Part shown: positions 39,301 to 50,961 of the stretch, piece by piece
How positions within the stretch are numbered: position 1 is the first letter of the stretch
How the letters are laid out: the number at the start of each line of letters is the position of its first letter
Assembly (NCBI GenBank): GCA_964035545.1
Contig: OZ037767.1
Location: 13,749,801 to 13,813,800 of the forward strand
DNA: 64,000 bases
Origin: Bugula neritina
Lineage: Eukaryota; Animalia; Bryozoa
Direction of reading: 5' to 3'
Translations under genes and position numbers: made by a program
The notes under the pieces: model-generated
What the model was told of the DNA's origin: nothing
What the model saw: only the letters and a program-made list of their open reading frames with translations
Database searches by the model: none

Positions 39301-40480
39301 CATGTGTCATTATTACTCACATAAGGTAAAATCTTTGGCTTCATTCTATTCAACTTCCGTCTGTCTACTTCAGTTGTGCTGATACATCCTGGCTGTGAAT
39401 AGACAGGAAATTAAGTTCACATATGCACAATATAAACTGTATAATACGTAATACTACCGTATCTAATTTACTTGAATAAATCTCCATATAATATATTAAT
39501 TATAATCATGGCTCAACTTTATTCCACTCACTGTCATGCTATGACTTAGGTTTAACAGGGATCGAACTTTTACTAGAGTACCTATTGCAATTATATGCTC
39601 TTATTATTATGATAATTCTTATAATGTTTAACCATAACTGTAAGAAGCACTGAAGCGTAGCCTGTATATATTAAATTACTTGTTTATTTAAAAAAGCAAA
39701 GAAGATTTTTAATAACCTATATCCAGTTTTACACATGGAAGTTTTTTGAAGTTTTATAAAATCAACTTTGAGTAATCATTGAATGTTGAAATACATAAAA
39801 CCAACATTTATAGTTTACAGCAGCATGATTTATCATTCATATAGTAGGCAGCAGGTAATACAGCGAGTACATTAGTTATGACAGCACAAGTACCACAACA
39901 TCATTTGAAAACTTGTCTCTTTAGCATATAATTTTCACATCATTTAAAATGGCACCATTTTGATATTTGTTAAAAAATTGAGAATATTAACTAAACACTA
40001 AATAGCTTTTAATCTGGGAAAAACAATAGAGAAATTTTCTGTAATGTGCACCCACAATTTTTACTTAAGATAGATTTATCTAACAACTTCTTCAATATGA
40101 AAACAATTCGGCTTCATATAACTTATAGTTTTATTTCATTATATTTAGTAATATTATAGTTATAATTTAACATATTATATTAATATTAATCCTTGGAAAT
40201 GCTACAATATTTTTTATTATGTAGAGTGTAGTTAAAATTATATAAAGCAAGGACACAATTAGCTATCACACATCTCTGTTACTTACAGCTGGTCTGTGTA
40301 AGTCCCAAAATGCTCTTTCTTGGCTATCCAAAATCTTTCTTTCTGTTTTATCTCGCTTTTTGTCTACTCTAAAACCAACAATACCTTGAAATAAAGATTA
40401 TATATATAATATATATAATGTATATAATATATAGAATATATATAATATATATAATATATATAATGTATATAATGTATATA

Positions 40481-40533
<53 letters not shown>

Positions 40534-43500
40534 CATAACACTATAGCTGTTTTCAGTTTAAAATAATGATTTTATAAGATAGCAACCTAGCTTATTCTAA
40601 TGTCATCACGGTACTATCAGACTTTGTAGTGTGGTGGTTGTTTTTAGGACTATTTTCATACCTCAGGCTATATGTACTGGCAACATAAGTAGTAGTTCTT
40701 ACTCTAGTAGTACTTGTAGCAATTATTCCACCACTCGACCCTCATGACTACCTCATGGCAAAACATGGCCTAATTGCTGGACTGTATACAGCATTTTCTG
40801 CACACTCATAGTAATTATTAGCCAATTCTTTAGTGTAAGACTATATTGTATCAATGAATTAATAAATGTTATGTAATGTAGGCTTCCCAAATAGTTTTGC
40901 AATCATGTTAATTCAATGTTGAGCATAGAATAGTATTTCATTAACTTAAGGCAGTTTATAAGGATTTCCATCTGTTCAATGAAGCCTTAACTATATTTAG
41001 CTGTATATAATATATAGTGTATAGATATAGTGTATATATATTATAGTATATTACAGTATATAGTATAGATATACTGTATAGTATATAATATATAGTGTAT
41101 AGATATAGTGTATAGTATATAGTATATAGTATATCGTGTATAGTATATAAATATAGTATCTATATATAGTGTATAGATATAGTGTATAGTGTATAGTATA
41201 TAGTGTATAGTGTATAGATATAGTGTATATATATTATAGTATATTACAGTATATAGTATAGATATACTGTATAGTATATAATATATAGTGTATAGATATA
41301 GTGTATAGCATATAGCATATAGTATATAGTGTATAGATAGTGTATAGTATATAGTGTATAAATAGTGTATAGATAGTGTATAGTGTATAGTATATAGTGT
41401 ATAGATAGTGTGTATAGTGTATAGATATAGTGTATAGATATAGTGTATAGATATAGTATATAGTGTATAGTATATAGTATATAATATATAGTGTATAGTA
41501 TATAGTGCATAGTGTCTAGATATAGTATATAGTGTATAGTATATAGTGTACAGTATATAGTATATAGTGTATAGTATATAGTGTACAGTATATAGTATAT
41601 AGTGTATAGTATATAGTGTATAGTATATAGTGTACAGTATATAGTATATAGTGTATAGTATATAGTGTATAGTATATAGTATATAGTGTATAGATATAGT
41701 GCATAGTATATAGTGCATAGTGTATAGTGTATAGATATAGTGCATAGTATATAGTGTATAGTATATAGTGTATAGATAGTGTATAGTATATAGCATATAG
41801 TGTATAGATATAGTGTATAGATATAGTATATAGTGTATAGTATATAGTATATAATATATAGTGTATAGTATATAGTGCATAGTGTATAGTATATAGTATA
41901 TAGTGTATAGCGTATAGTGTATAGTATATAGTATATAGTGTATAGATATAGTGCATAGTATATAGTGCATAGTGTATAGATATAGTGTATAGCGTATAGA
42001 TGCTCTGATACATAACTTTATGTTAACACAAATCAAATGTTTCAGTGTTGCATAATTGTAGTAAATCATTAAGCTATTGGCTAGCAATTACAACCACAAT
42101 GATATGGAATATTATTATCTAGCTGGGGTCAGAAATTGATTGCACATCATTTCAAAATAATTTTTTTCAAAATACTGAAAACCAACTTTCAAACTTACTT
42201 AATCTGTTCCTCGGCCCGCCAGACGACGTACTGCCAGGAACTTTGCAGTGTGTGCTGTAGTTTACTTAGACTATCCATTTCGTAGTCCGCTAGCGTTGTT
42301 CTACTCTTGTTGTACATAGCTCTTTTACACAGGTAAACAGCTGCAATATGAGTTATTAATTATATTTAGCATTAAAATGATTGTAAAATTACATAATAAG
42401 CCATGTGAAAATGACCCTAATTCTGAGGTTGGCACTTGAATGATCAATCATTTTGTATTATACTCCGTATACTCATGATTAATAATAGTAGTAATTAGTA
42501 TTATTAATAATATTTAACAGTGCATTTACATTCCAAGTTTTATACAATTGATCCTACACCTATGTGGTTTAAAAAATAAAAGAAATTTTATTTAAAAATG
42601 AGCTTTTTAGGTAAATTATAAATTATATAGAAAGGTTTGATAGTATTTAGACAACTAAATATTAAAAATAGGTACTGTTTTTACCATAGTCACTGTTCTC
42701 TGCTTTTGTGCATCGACTAAGCCAAAAGAATTTAGTCTGAAACCTATAAAAGCTAGCATCATTCTTTACAGTGAGTATATGGTCATCTATTGGGAAGATA
42801 TAGCCATGCGCCGCAATCATGTGACTTAAATGTAGGCTCTCCGCTAAATCCATAGGACCGAGGTTTGTCTGTATCCAATTTATGACGGCTGCCCCTAAAA
42901 TCCGAAATCAACTAGACTGTATCTGTGACTTTAATATATAACTCATGCAAGTTGATGGTCCCTGTGAGAAACCCCTGACAGAAAGAGTCTTTTTAAAGCG
43001 GGCTAAGAACTTATTCAAATGTGACACAGAAGCAATTAGGACCGAATGCTCTTCCTAAACATTACCAATGGCATTTACTGGAGATATCAAACCCATGACC
43101 ACGAGTTTACTAAACCAACACCCTATAAAGGCTAACCCCTAGATCACAGCTGCTCATTGTGTGACTTTAATATATACTTACCTGTAAATATTGCAGCAGT
43201 AACTTACCTGTAAATATTACAGCAGTAACTTACCTGTAAATATTGCAGCAGTGACTTACCTGTAAATACTACAGCAGCAACTTACCTGTAAATACTACAG
43301 CAGTAACTTACCTGTAAATACTGCAGCAGTTACTTACCTGTAAATACAGAAGGCGTCTTGGTTCTGAAGCTTTTCTCTGTCTTGATTGGAATACCTACGT
43401 CTGCACTGCACATCCTCTCTACTAACTCATCCATCTGCAGCATAATCATTGCATCATACTTTTCATAAGATAACTTACGATACATTATTTGGTCAGCCAA

Positions 43501-46500
43501 CATATGGCAACTTAAAATACGTCAGAAGGTCAAGACTTTTTCTTAATAAAAGCCTTGTAACACCTCATAGTAAATATGTTTAGCTTGTGAAAGCCAGATA
43601 AAATGCCACCTATTGAATGATTAAAAATTGAAAAAAATTCATCATTTGTGCTTGTAATTTGTTAAAAAAGCATATTTCTCTTAACCTTCATAAGCAAACT
43701 CAATGCAAATAGTAGAAATGGTATTGTGATTAATAAAAAGTAGTTTTAAAGATCTCTTTGTTAACATTTAAAACAAGTGCAGCTTATCTTCTATTCTAGA
43801 TGGTTGACCAGGTAAAATTATTAAGTTTCCATTTCCTTCAGATGGTTTCGCAACAACAGTTCTATAATTATAATAGTATGACAACCTAATGGTCTTATTG
43901 TAATCCGTATTCAGGAACCACCAACAATGGCTATAGCTAGCAGCTAGTAAAGGTTGCAGCTGCAATAGTATAGCAAAGTTACATCATATTCATTCGGACT
44001 AAGTTTGAGGCACATGATTAATTTGACTAAGTTTCAATTGATCAAGCCAAACCAATTAGTTAAACTAAAAGTTAGAAACGTAAGGTTCAGCTTAAGCTAT
44101 GTTTATAAGATGGGCTGATTTAATTAGGAAAAGCATAAGGATAATGCACATAGCAAACAGTTGAAGAAATATAAATGAGCCAGTGACTGCTTTAAATTTT
44201 CCTTCAATCATGATTTTTATTGGAGAACCTTACAGCAGATTTGAGTAGATCAATTTCTATAGCAATGTAGGAGAGATATATTACTGGACCCAAACTAATG
44301 ATTATGAATATTTTAACTCTACTTTTATTCTAATCTATTAGTTCAAAAGTAATTTGTAATTATTGGTTGCATCATGATTGTAATTAACTGATATTACATA
44401 TTCATTCATCTTCACACTTTTTATGGAGATCACTAAATGTAACCAGTGTGTTATGAACGGATTAAGGTGACCTAACAGTGGCTAGTGATCATGGTCGAAA
44501 CCTGCATTAGTTAATAAGTGAGGGGGGGGGGAGGCTTTAGAGTTTAGACCATAATTATCAGTAATTGTGTCAAGTGGGCTAATTGTATCGACAGCAGCAA
44601 AAGCAATGGCAGCGACATGCACAGCAATAGTAATGGTAGTAGTATCAAGAAGAACTAGTTATGTGGGAAAACACTATTGTAAATAATTGTAGATGTTGCA
44701 GCAAAGTACTAAGGTGGGTATAATGATTGTAGCTATAAACTATAATGATTGTATTATACAATGTGTGTAGCACTACAACTTGAAACATATTTATATATCT
44801 AAAAGCCACTTGTTCTAATGCATGACCCAACATAGACGTTAGCATGGAGCTGTTTACAACCAATTGTTTAGTATTTAAACTGGCAGCATAGAAATTGTTC
44901 AACTTACCAGGTTAGGATTGTACCCTACTGCTGATAACATGCTATCAGTAAACTTCTGTGCAGACATTTTCTCCCAGACTGAACAACAATTAATTTCCTA
45001 TCCTAGAAGATTACTATGTTTATTACGTCATCCCCATGGCAACCATGCTGTGATTATAGCGCGTGTTGGTTTATAAAGAGTTACTATATAATTACATGTA
45101 TTGATTGGTCGATTCAATAACCTCAAATATGCTCAGTCTCAACCAAGGCACACTTGAGAGTCTATAATAATGTGTAAGATTACATTTTATAACAATCGAT
45201 ATTTAAGCTGTTTAATTATTTAACTTTCACTGAAGAATGATAGCATACAGGTTTAAGTTGTTATTCTCTTGCGAATAACCACAGCTAACACCAGTAGCAA
45301 ATATGATTGTCAGTTGTAGTTGTTGTTTTTTTTAATAGAATGCAAGAAGATTACGTGGGTTTATGATCACCACTCGTGTGAGAACTCCTGATAGAAGTGT
45401 TGTTAGGGCTTTTTTTATTGCGGTAAAGAAGCAATTGTTACTGGATGCTCTTCCTAACATCCCACTAATGGCCTTTACTGGGGGTTCAAACCACTGGACC
45501 TGTGTTTACTAAGCTAGCGCTTTGACTCCTAAGTCATAGCTGCTCTCATATTATTATAATTTAATACATACAAATAAATTAGTATTTTGTAAACTTTCAG
45601 GGTAAGAAATGCAGTCATTTAAAACTATGAATATTTCAGTTTTTGTATAAAATTTCATATATACATGTTTTATCTATTTGGAGATTTCAAATCGTTATAG
45701 GCAGAAATCAGTAATATTCTATAAATATCATTAATGTTCTGTAAGCAAGAAATTTTCATTGTACTTCAAAAATGAATTTTTTCCAATTTTTACTTTGTAG
45801 CATAATATTTTCTAAATTTCTAAGTTTTAATTATCAGCTTATTGATATGATTTATCTTCTCTTGATTACACGTTATATAATAATATGATAGCATCACTAG
45901 CAGCACCTGACATCTGGCAAATGGTAACCAATAACTAGCAACTAGAAATCTGAAATCTTGCTGCATATTTTAACGTAGGCTACATATAACATCTAACTGT
46001 TCCCTTGTTCATATAGTCAGTAGTTATCTCACCATACAGTCAGTAGTTATCTCACCATACAGTCAGTAGTTATCTCACCATACAGTCAGTAGTTATCTCA
46101 CCATACAGTCAGTAGTTATCTCACCATACAGTCAGTAGTTATCTCACCATACAGTCAGTAGTTATCTCACCTTACAGTCAATGGTTGTCTCACCTTACAG
46201 TCAGTAGTTATCTCACCATATAGTCAGTAGTTATCTCACCATACAGTCAGTAGTTATCTCACCATACAGTCAGTAGTTATCTCACCATACAGTCAGTAAT
46301 TATCTCACCATACAGTCAGTAGTTATCTCACCTTGAGCAGCTGTTTTTGTGTGCAGCAGACAGCATCCTTTTTAGCTCCGCCCTCTTCTCGTAAAGTGTA
46401 AGGACATTGAGCTAGTTTATGTTGAGTCAGACCTGGTAGAGGTTTGGTGTAGGAGCATCTGTCATCATATGGATAGGCTGAGCTCTCTAAAATTTAGTAA

Positions 46501-47628
46501 AACTATGTTATACTAACCCATTTAGCTAATAATGTCATCAGCTTATGGTGTATTCAGATAATGATGTCATCAGTTTATGTTGCATTCAGCTAGTGATGTC
46601 ATCAATTTATGAGGCATTCATATAATGAAGTCATCGGTTTATGATGAATTCAACTAATGATGTCACCAGTTTATGGTGCATTCAACTAATGATGTCATTA
46701 GTTTATGGTGCTTCTATTTCGTTATTACAGTTAGGAATGCAGCAATTTTTCCAGCATAACCTGTTTCCAGTCAACATATATAGTATATGAGCTGTGCATT
46801 TTCAATGCTCCCCTCCTTGTGAAAAACATCCATATTATAGGTTAGGCTATTTCACCATACAGTGACATAACAATATTATTATAACACCAGAATGCTATAA
46901 ATTCTTAACTGTTCCTACTAAATTATGTTATATTTCCTATTTGAAGTTGTATTTCTGAAATTTTAAAAATGGTATGCCAATCAGAACTGTTTTAGATTGA
47001 TATATGAATTAAAATACATTCGTGGATCTTGCTAAAATTATATCTATCCAAAAGAAGTTGCTATACCAACTGTCAACCAGTTATGGCCAATAGTGCCATA
47101 TAGAACTTCGTCAAAAATAGTTTTCTGGTTTAATTGCATGTACTTTTTGTCAATTTAGGCTAAATGCTACAAAAGCCAAGAAAAATAATTGAACTGGAAC
47201 TCATATACTTCTAATTGCATGAACTTAAATATGTTTTTAATCTAAAACAGTTAACAAACATAATATGTAGGTTGCCAGAAACTGCCTTAAGTAAACCCCT
47301 ATTAATGTGAGCAATTTTATTTCTATTGGGTATTGGAATTTTTTTTATTTCTATTTCTATTGGGTATTGGAATCTCTTTTTATTTTTCTTCATAACAAGT
47401 TGTGCAGTCTAAAGAAATAGTTATATGGAATACAGTGAAAACATAGAATTACAGTAGCAATTCTTTCTATATAGCTTACCATAGTTGCAAGGTATTTTAA
47501 CATTTGACAAATATTTAATGTGTTTAGCTTTTAATCTACAAAGAATTTAGCCTGAGAGACTTACCTAAAAGAAATTTAGACTGAGAAACATCCTGTGCCA
47601 CATTTCCGGAGGTTTCCGCTACTTCCAT
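36330..47628 (-). CDS. RGS7: R7-family regulator of G-protein signalling (DEP-DHEX-GGL-RGS), RGS6/7-like; about 12 coding exons
   Basis: [33 protein letters not shown] (43434-43338); [26 protein letters not shown]; [21 protein letters not shown]; [14 protein letters not shown]; [22 protein letters not shown]; [18 protein letters not shown]; TAA at 36332-36330; upstream exons 47628-47565 and 46486-46332 are open and phase-compatible; exact RGS6/7 versus RGS9/11 orthology not tested. Confidence 0.88.
39021..39148. repeat. CA-rich microsatellite
   Basis: Visible. Confidence 0.9.
40398..40529. repeat. (AT)n-rich microsatellite
   Basis: Visible. Confidence 0.9.
40998..42000. repeat. ~1-kb TATAG/TGTATAG low-complexity satellite in an RGS intron
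   Basis: Visible tandem array; source of the spurious Y/T/I/L-rich ORFs. Confidence 0.97.
42941..43159 (-). mobile_element. tRNA-derived SINE with a 17-bp TSD
   Basis: Flanked by TGTGACTTTAATATATA at 42924-42940 and 43160-43176; similar to 45372-45547 and 61370-61447. Confidence 0.75.
43176..43346 (-). repeat. 26-bp tandem array holding 7 copies of the RGS splice donor TATTTACAG|GTAAGT
   Basis: acttacctgtaaata at 43176, 43202, 43228, 43254, 43280, 43306 and 43332. Confidence 0.95.
44908..44967 (-). CDS. Candidate alternative first coding exon of the RGS gene ([20 protein letters not shown])
   Basis: AAAATG start, exactly 20 codons, CTG|GTAAGT donor in phase 0 matching the DEP exon acceptor at 43434. 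Confidence 0.6.
45372..45547 (-). mobile_element. tRNA-derived SINE, copy 2
   Basis: Minus-strand head GCAGCTATGACTTAGGAGTCAAAGCGCTAGCTTAGTAAACACAGGTCCAGTGGTTTGAACCCC with A-box/B-box-like motifs; shares GAAGCAATT..ATGCTCTTCCTAA..AATGGC.TTTACTGG with copy 1. Confidence 0.7.
46015..46332 (-). repeat. 23-bp tandem array, about 14 copies, duplicating the donor G|GTGAGA
   Basis: agtcagtagttatctcaccatac units ending exactly at the exon boundary 46332. Confidence 0.95.
46519..46711. repeat. 32-bp tandem repeat, about 6 copies
   Basis: atgatgtcatcagtttatggtgcattcagcta-like units just upstream of the same exon's acceptor. Confidence 0.88.
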
Positions 47629-49687
47629 GAATCGTTGCAAAAGTTAATCCTGCAATCATGCCAATGCACAATCTGATTCATGTATGAAAATCTTTATAAT
47701 ACTAAATGTTTCAAGAAGTTAACTCTATCTTAACAGCAGCTGCTCGCACTATGATTTTCATAAGTAGATTCAATGTGAGACTTCACCTGTTAGCGTTAAT
47801 TCAGTCCCATATAGGCATAAGCTTAACCATTATCTAACCTACTATTTATATAAAATTATTTTTAGTATTTATGTACCTGTCGCAGTTTTAGTATGCATAC
47901 AGCAGTATAGCAATACGTGCATTGAGTTCCAAAGAAATATTAATAACGAAAGTGCGTGACTATGCTCTTCCCGTGCTATTGCTAATATTACTTTTACTAT
48001 AAGACTGATGGTAGAAAGCTATTATTCTTATCATCATGGGAATTAATTAAGTTGGTGTATTGATGTAATTGATACTTCCCTCGATCAAGACTTTCTATAT
48101 AGTTAGAATATATATTAAGAATATTACGTTGTCCTCCCCTAATAGCATAGCATGGATAAATAGTTGGCTTTCTATATATTACTATACAACATAATAGTTA
48201 AAGACAGATGATTATTGAAGGCTTTCAAATCAAAAGTAATTGTGTAAAAACTTATGCGGTGCCTTTAGACAGCTTATTGTGCTAATTTAAATTACTAGCC
48301 TGATGGCTTTGAAAAATTTATTATAGCTTCTATTCTAAGCCATGTAAAAATTTTTTTTAAAAACAAAGCTTTTTTTTAGATTTAGCGTAGGTTGTAGGTT
48401 ATGTAAGACTAGATTCAATTGTAGGGTACGACACGGTGGTGACTCCATACTTATGTGAAAAGGTGCTGGTTTTTAAGCTAAATGGCTAAGTCTAAGTTTC
48501 AATTATTGAGAATTCAGGAATTTTGGGGGGGGGTTTAATATGCCATAAAATATATATTATCTAAACACAGGCAATATCCAGCATTCTAGTTCAATACCTG
48601 ACTATCTCATCACCAAATTGCAGTTGTGAAATTTTTAAAAATAGAATTCTAACAAGTCAAAGCCTCAAAGAGTTAAAAAGCCATACAATTTCTATTTTTA
48701 TGTTTTTGTGTCTCCTTTGTGAGTTGCAGATAATTTTTTTGGATTGTTATCTACAAGATAGTTGCAAAGTATAAAAATGGTAAGTTAATCTGTCTATTTC
48801 CCAGTCTGCTGTCACCACAGTGAAATGGTTGCATGCAGGCGAACCAACTGTTCCAGGTATTGCTCTGTATACAACTATACCAGTCTGTTTCTATAGACTG
48901 TGTTCAAGGTTAGATGATTAGTTCTATACAAGCAGTACAATAACACGAAACCGTAGTCTGGCAGGGTGCGTAATTGACTAGACTAGCTTGCTATGCTTCA
49001 ATACAGTTTTAATCAACTCGGGCCATTAGTGTAATCACAGCTCCGATCTTGAAGCCAACAAAAACTGATAGTTTTCCCTTTCTATTAGGAAGGGCGTTGA
49101 TCTCACTCAAGTATAAGTGAAATAATTACTTTGAATATAGAGTAGATGCTTCTGTTACTATACTGGATACAGACTATTGCTGCTGCCACTTGTAATGACA
49201 GCATAGTAGATGTACAACAGTTAAAACTTGTTCAGCTTGCGAAGGGGGTGCCCCCTAACACCCTACGGCTCACAGTGCTAGGGGCAACCCCCTCTGCCTC
49301 AATGGCATAGTTTAGATACTGTTATAGAGCTATACCTGGGTAACTAGTCACTCACTGTAAAAGTGTGCGTTAATATACAGGGTTAGCTGTAGTACTAAAC
49401 ATGTAACTTGATAGAAGTTTTATTACAATATTAACCCAAATCAATTAGCGATACACTAGAGATATGGAGTTGAGTCAATATTAATATGGAAGGCAGCTAC
49501 TCAACTTTTTACATTTTTATGTGGCAAAATATCAACATTTCCATGTTATTAGTTCCTATTGTTTTTGTTAATCAAAATATTCAATAAATTACTCTCGTTA
49601 CTCAACATTATATCATGTCTGTAAAAAACTGGGGGAAAGGGGGTAAAAATATTGGATTCTGACTATAACCACAATACATATACATTA

Positions 49688-50961
49688 TCGTCACTGTCTT
49701 GAGCTATGGGAGAGGGTAGTGGAGAATAGGATTAGAGGCTTGGTAAAGATATCAGACAGGCAATACTGATTCCAACCTGGAAAGTTAACAGTACAACCAA
49801 TGTTCTACCTCCGGATGTTCCAGGAGAAGATGAGAGAATATCAAACAGACCTCCACATGGTATTTGTTGATCTAGAAAAAGCGTACGACACGGTGCCACA
49901 AAACCTCATATGGTACTGTTTAAGAAAGAAAAGTGTACCAGAGCATTATGTTAGGATTATCCGGGATATGTACAAGAACTGCACTACATCAGTTACAACC
50001 AGTGAAGGAGCAACAGAGGAGATAGACATCGAAGTGGGGTTGCACCAGGGATCTGCGTTGAGTCCTTTCCTGTTCATAGTCATATTGAATGTAATCTCAG
50101 AAAAAATAGATGAGAAAACACCGTGGGCAATGCTCTTTGCAGATGACCTAGTTATCTGCAATAGAGAAGGAGGACGGGTAAAAGAGAGATTAGAGACATG
50201 GCGTGGACATCTAGAGGACGCAGGTCTCAAGGTGAGCCGGAAGAAAACTAGCATCTTTCACCAAAGGAAAGCACCACCAAGATCAGAATGAAAAGATATG
50301 CCCAGGAAGATTACACTGAGCTACCAACAACAAACAAGTTCAAGTATTTGGGGACGGTGATAGATCAGGATGGAGGCTGTGAGGCGGAAGTCACAAGAAG
50401 AATAAGTGCAGCGTGGGATAGAGGGAGAGACCTATGAGGAGTTTTGTGTGATAAAAAAGTGCCTAAGCAACTGAAGGTATTACTTTACAAAACAATCATA
50501 AAACCAACACTGATATATGGCAATGAAACATGGCCCATCACCCAGAGGCAAGAACAAAGGGTAGAGGCAACTAAAATGCAAATGCTCAAACACATACATG
50601 AAATAAACTGGGAAGATCATGTTAGGAATGAAGACATAAGGAGCGAAGCTAAGGTTAAACCTGTGTCTAGGCATATGAGAAGGAGAAGACTTCAGAGGTA
50701 TGCTCATGTGCAGAGGAGAGATAGTGAAGAGGATATTAGATATGTGACTGAGTTAAAAATAGTGGGGAAGAGAAGGAGAGGACGGCCCAAACGAAGATGG
50801 ATGGACACGATAGGAGATGACATGAAGCGGTGGGGCCTTAAACCAAAAGATGCAGAAGACCAGGAAAGATGGCAGACGCTGATAAAGATTGGAAACCTGT
50901 AGACCGGTCACCCGTACAGGACTACGACTGTGTAGGTGTGAAAGGTGTGAAAGGTGTGAAA
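49688..50961 (+). mobile_element. 5'-truncated, inactivated RTE-clade LINE (RT and C-terminal domain)
   Basis: LWERVVENR; VFVDLEKAYDTV; VGLHQGSALSPFLF; MLFADD; FKYLG; RRRGRPKRRWMD; in-frame stops and a frameshift; short 3' tandem tail (AAAGGTGTG)n followed by (AT)n. Confidence 0.9.

Noticed and set aside
41041-42087. 348-aa Tyr/Ile/Thr-rich ORF and similar ORFs at 2158, 22494 and 57599-57884
   Set aside because: Stop-free frames of simple repeats.
45480-45547. Functional tRNA gene
   Set aside because: Stems are degenerate and the sequence continues into a shared repeat body; better explained as a SINE head.
46015-46332. CRISPR-like appearance of the short repeat arrays (also 22517-22837 and 43176-43346)
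   Set aside because: Units are head-to-tail with no unique spacers, there are no cas genes, and the context is eukaryotic introns.
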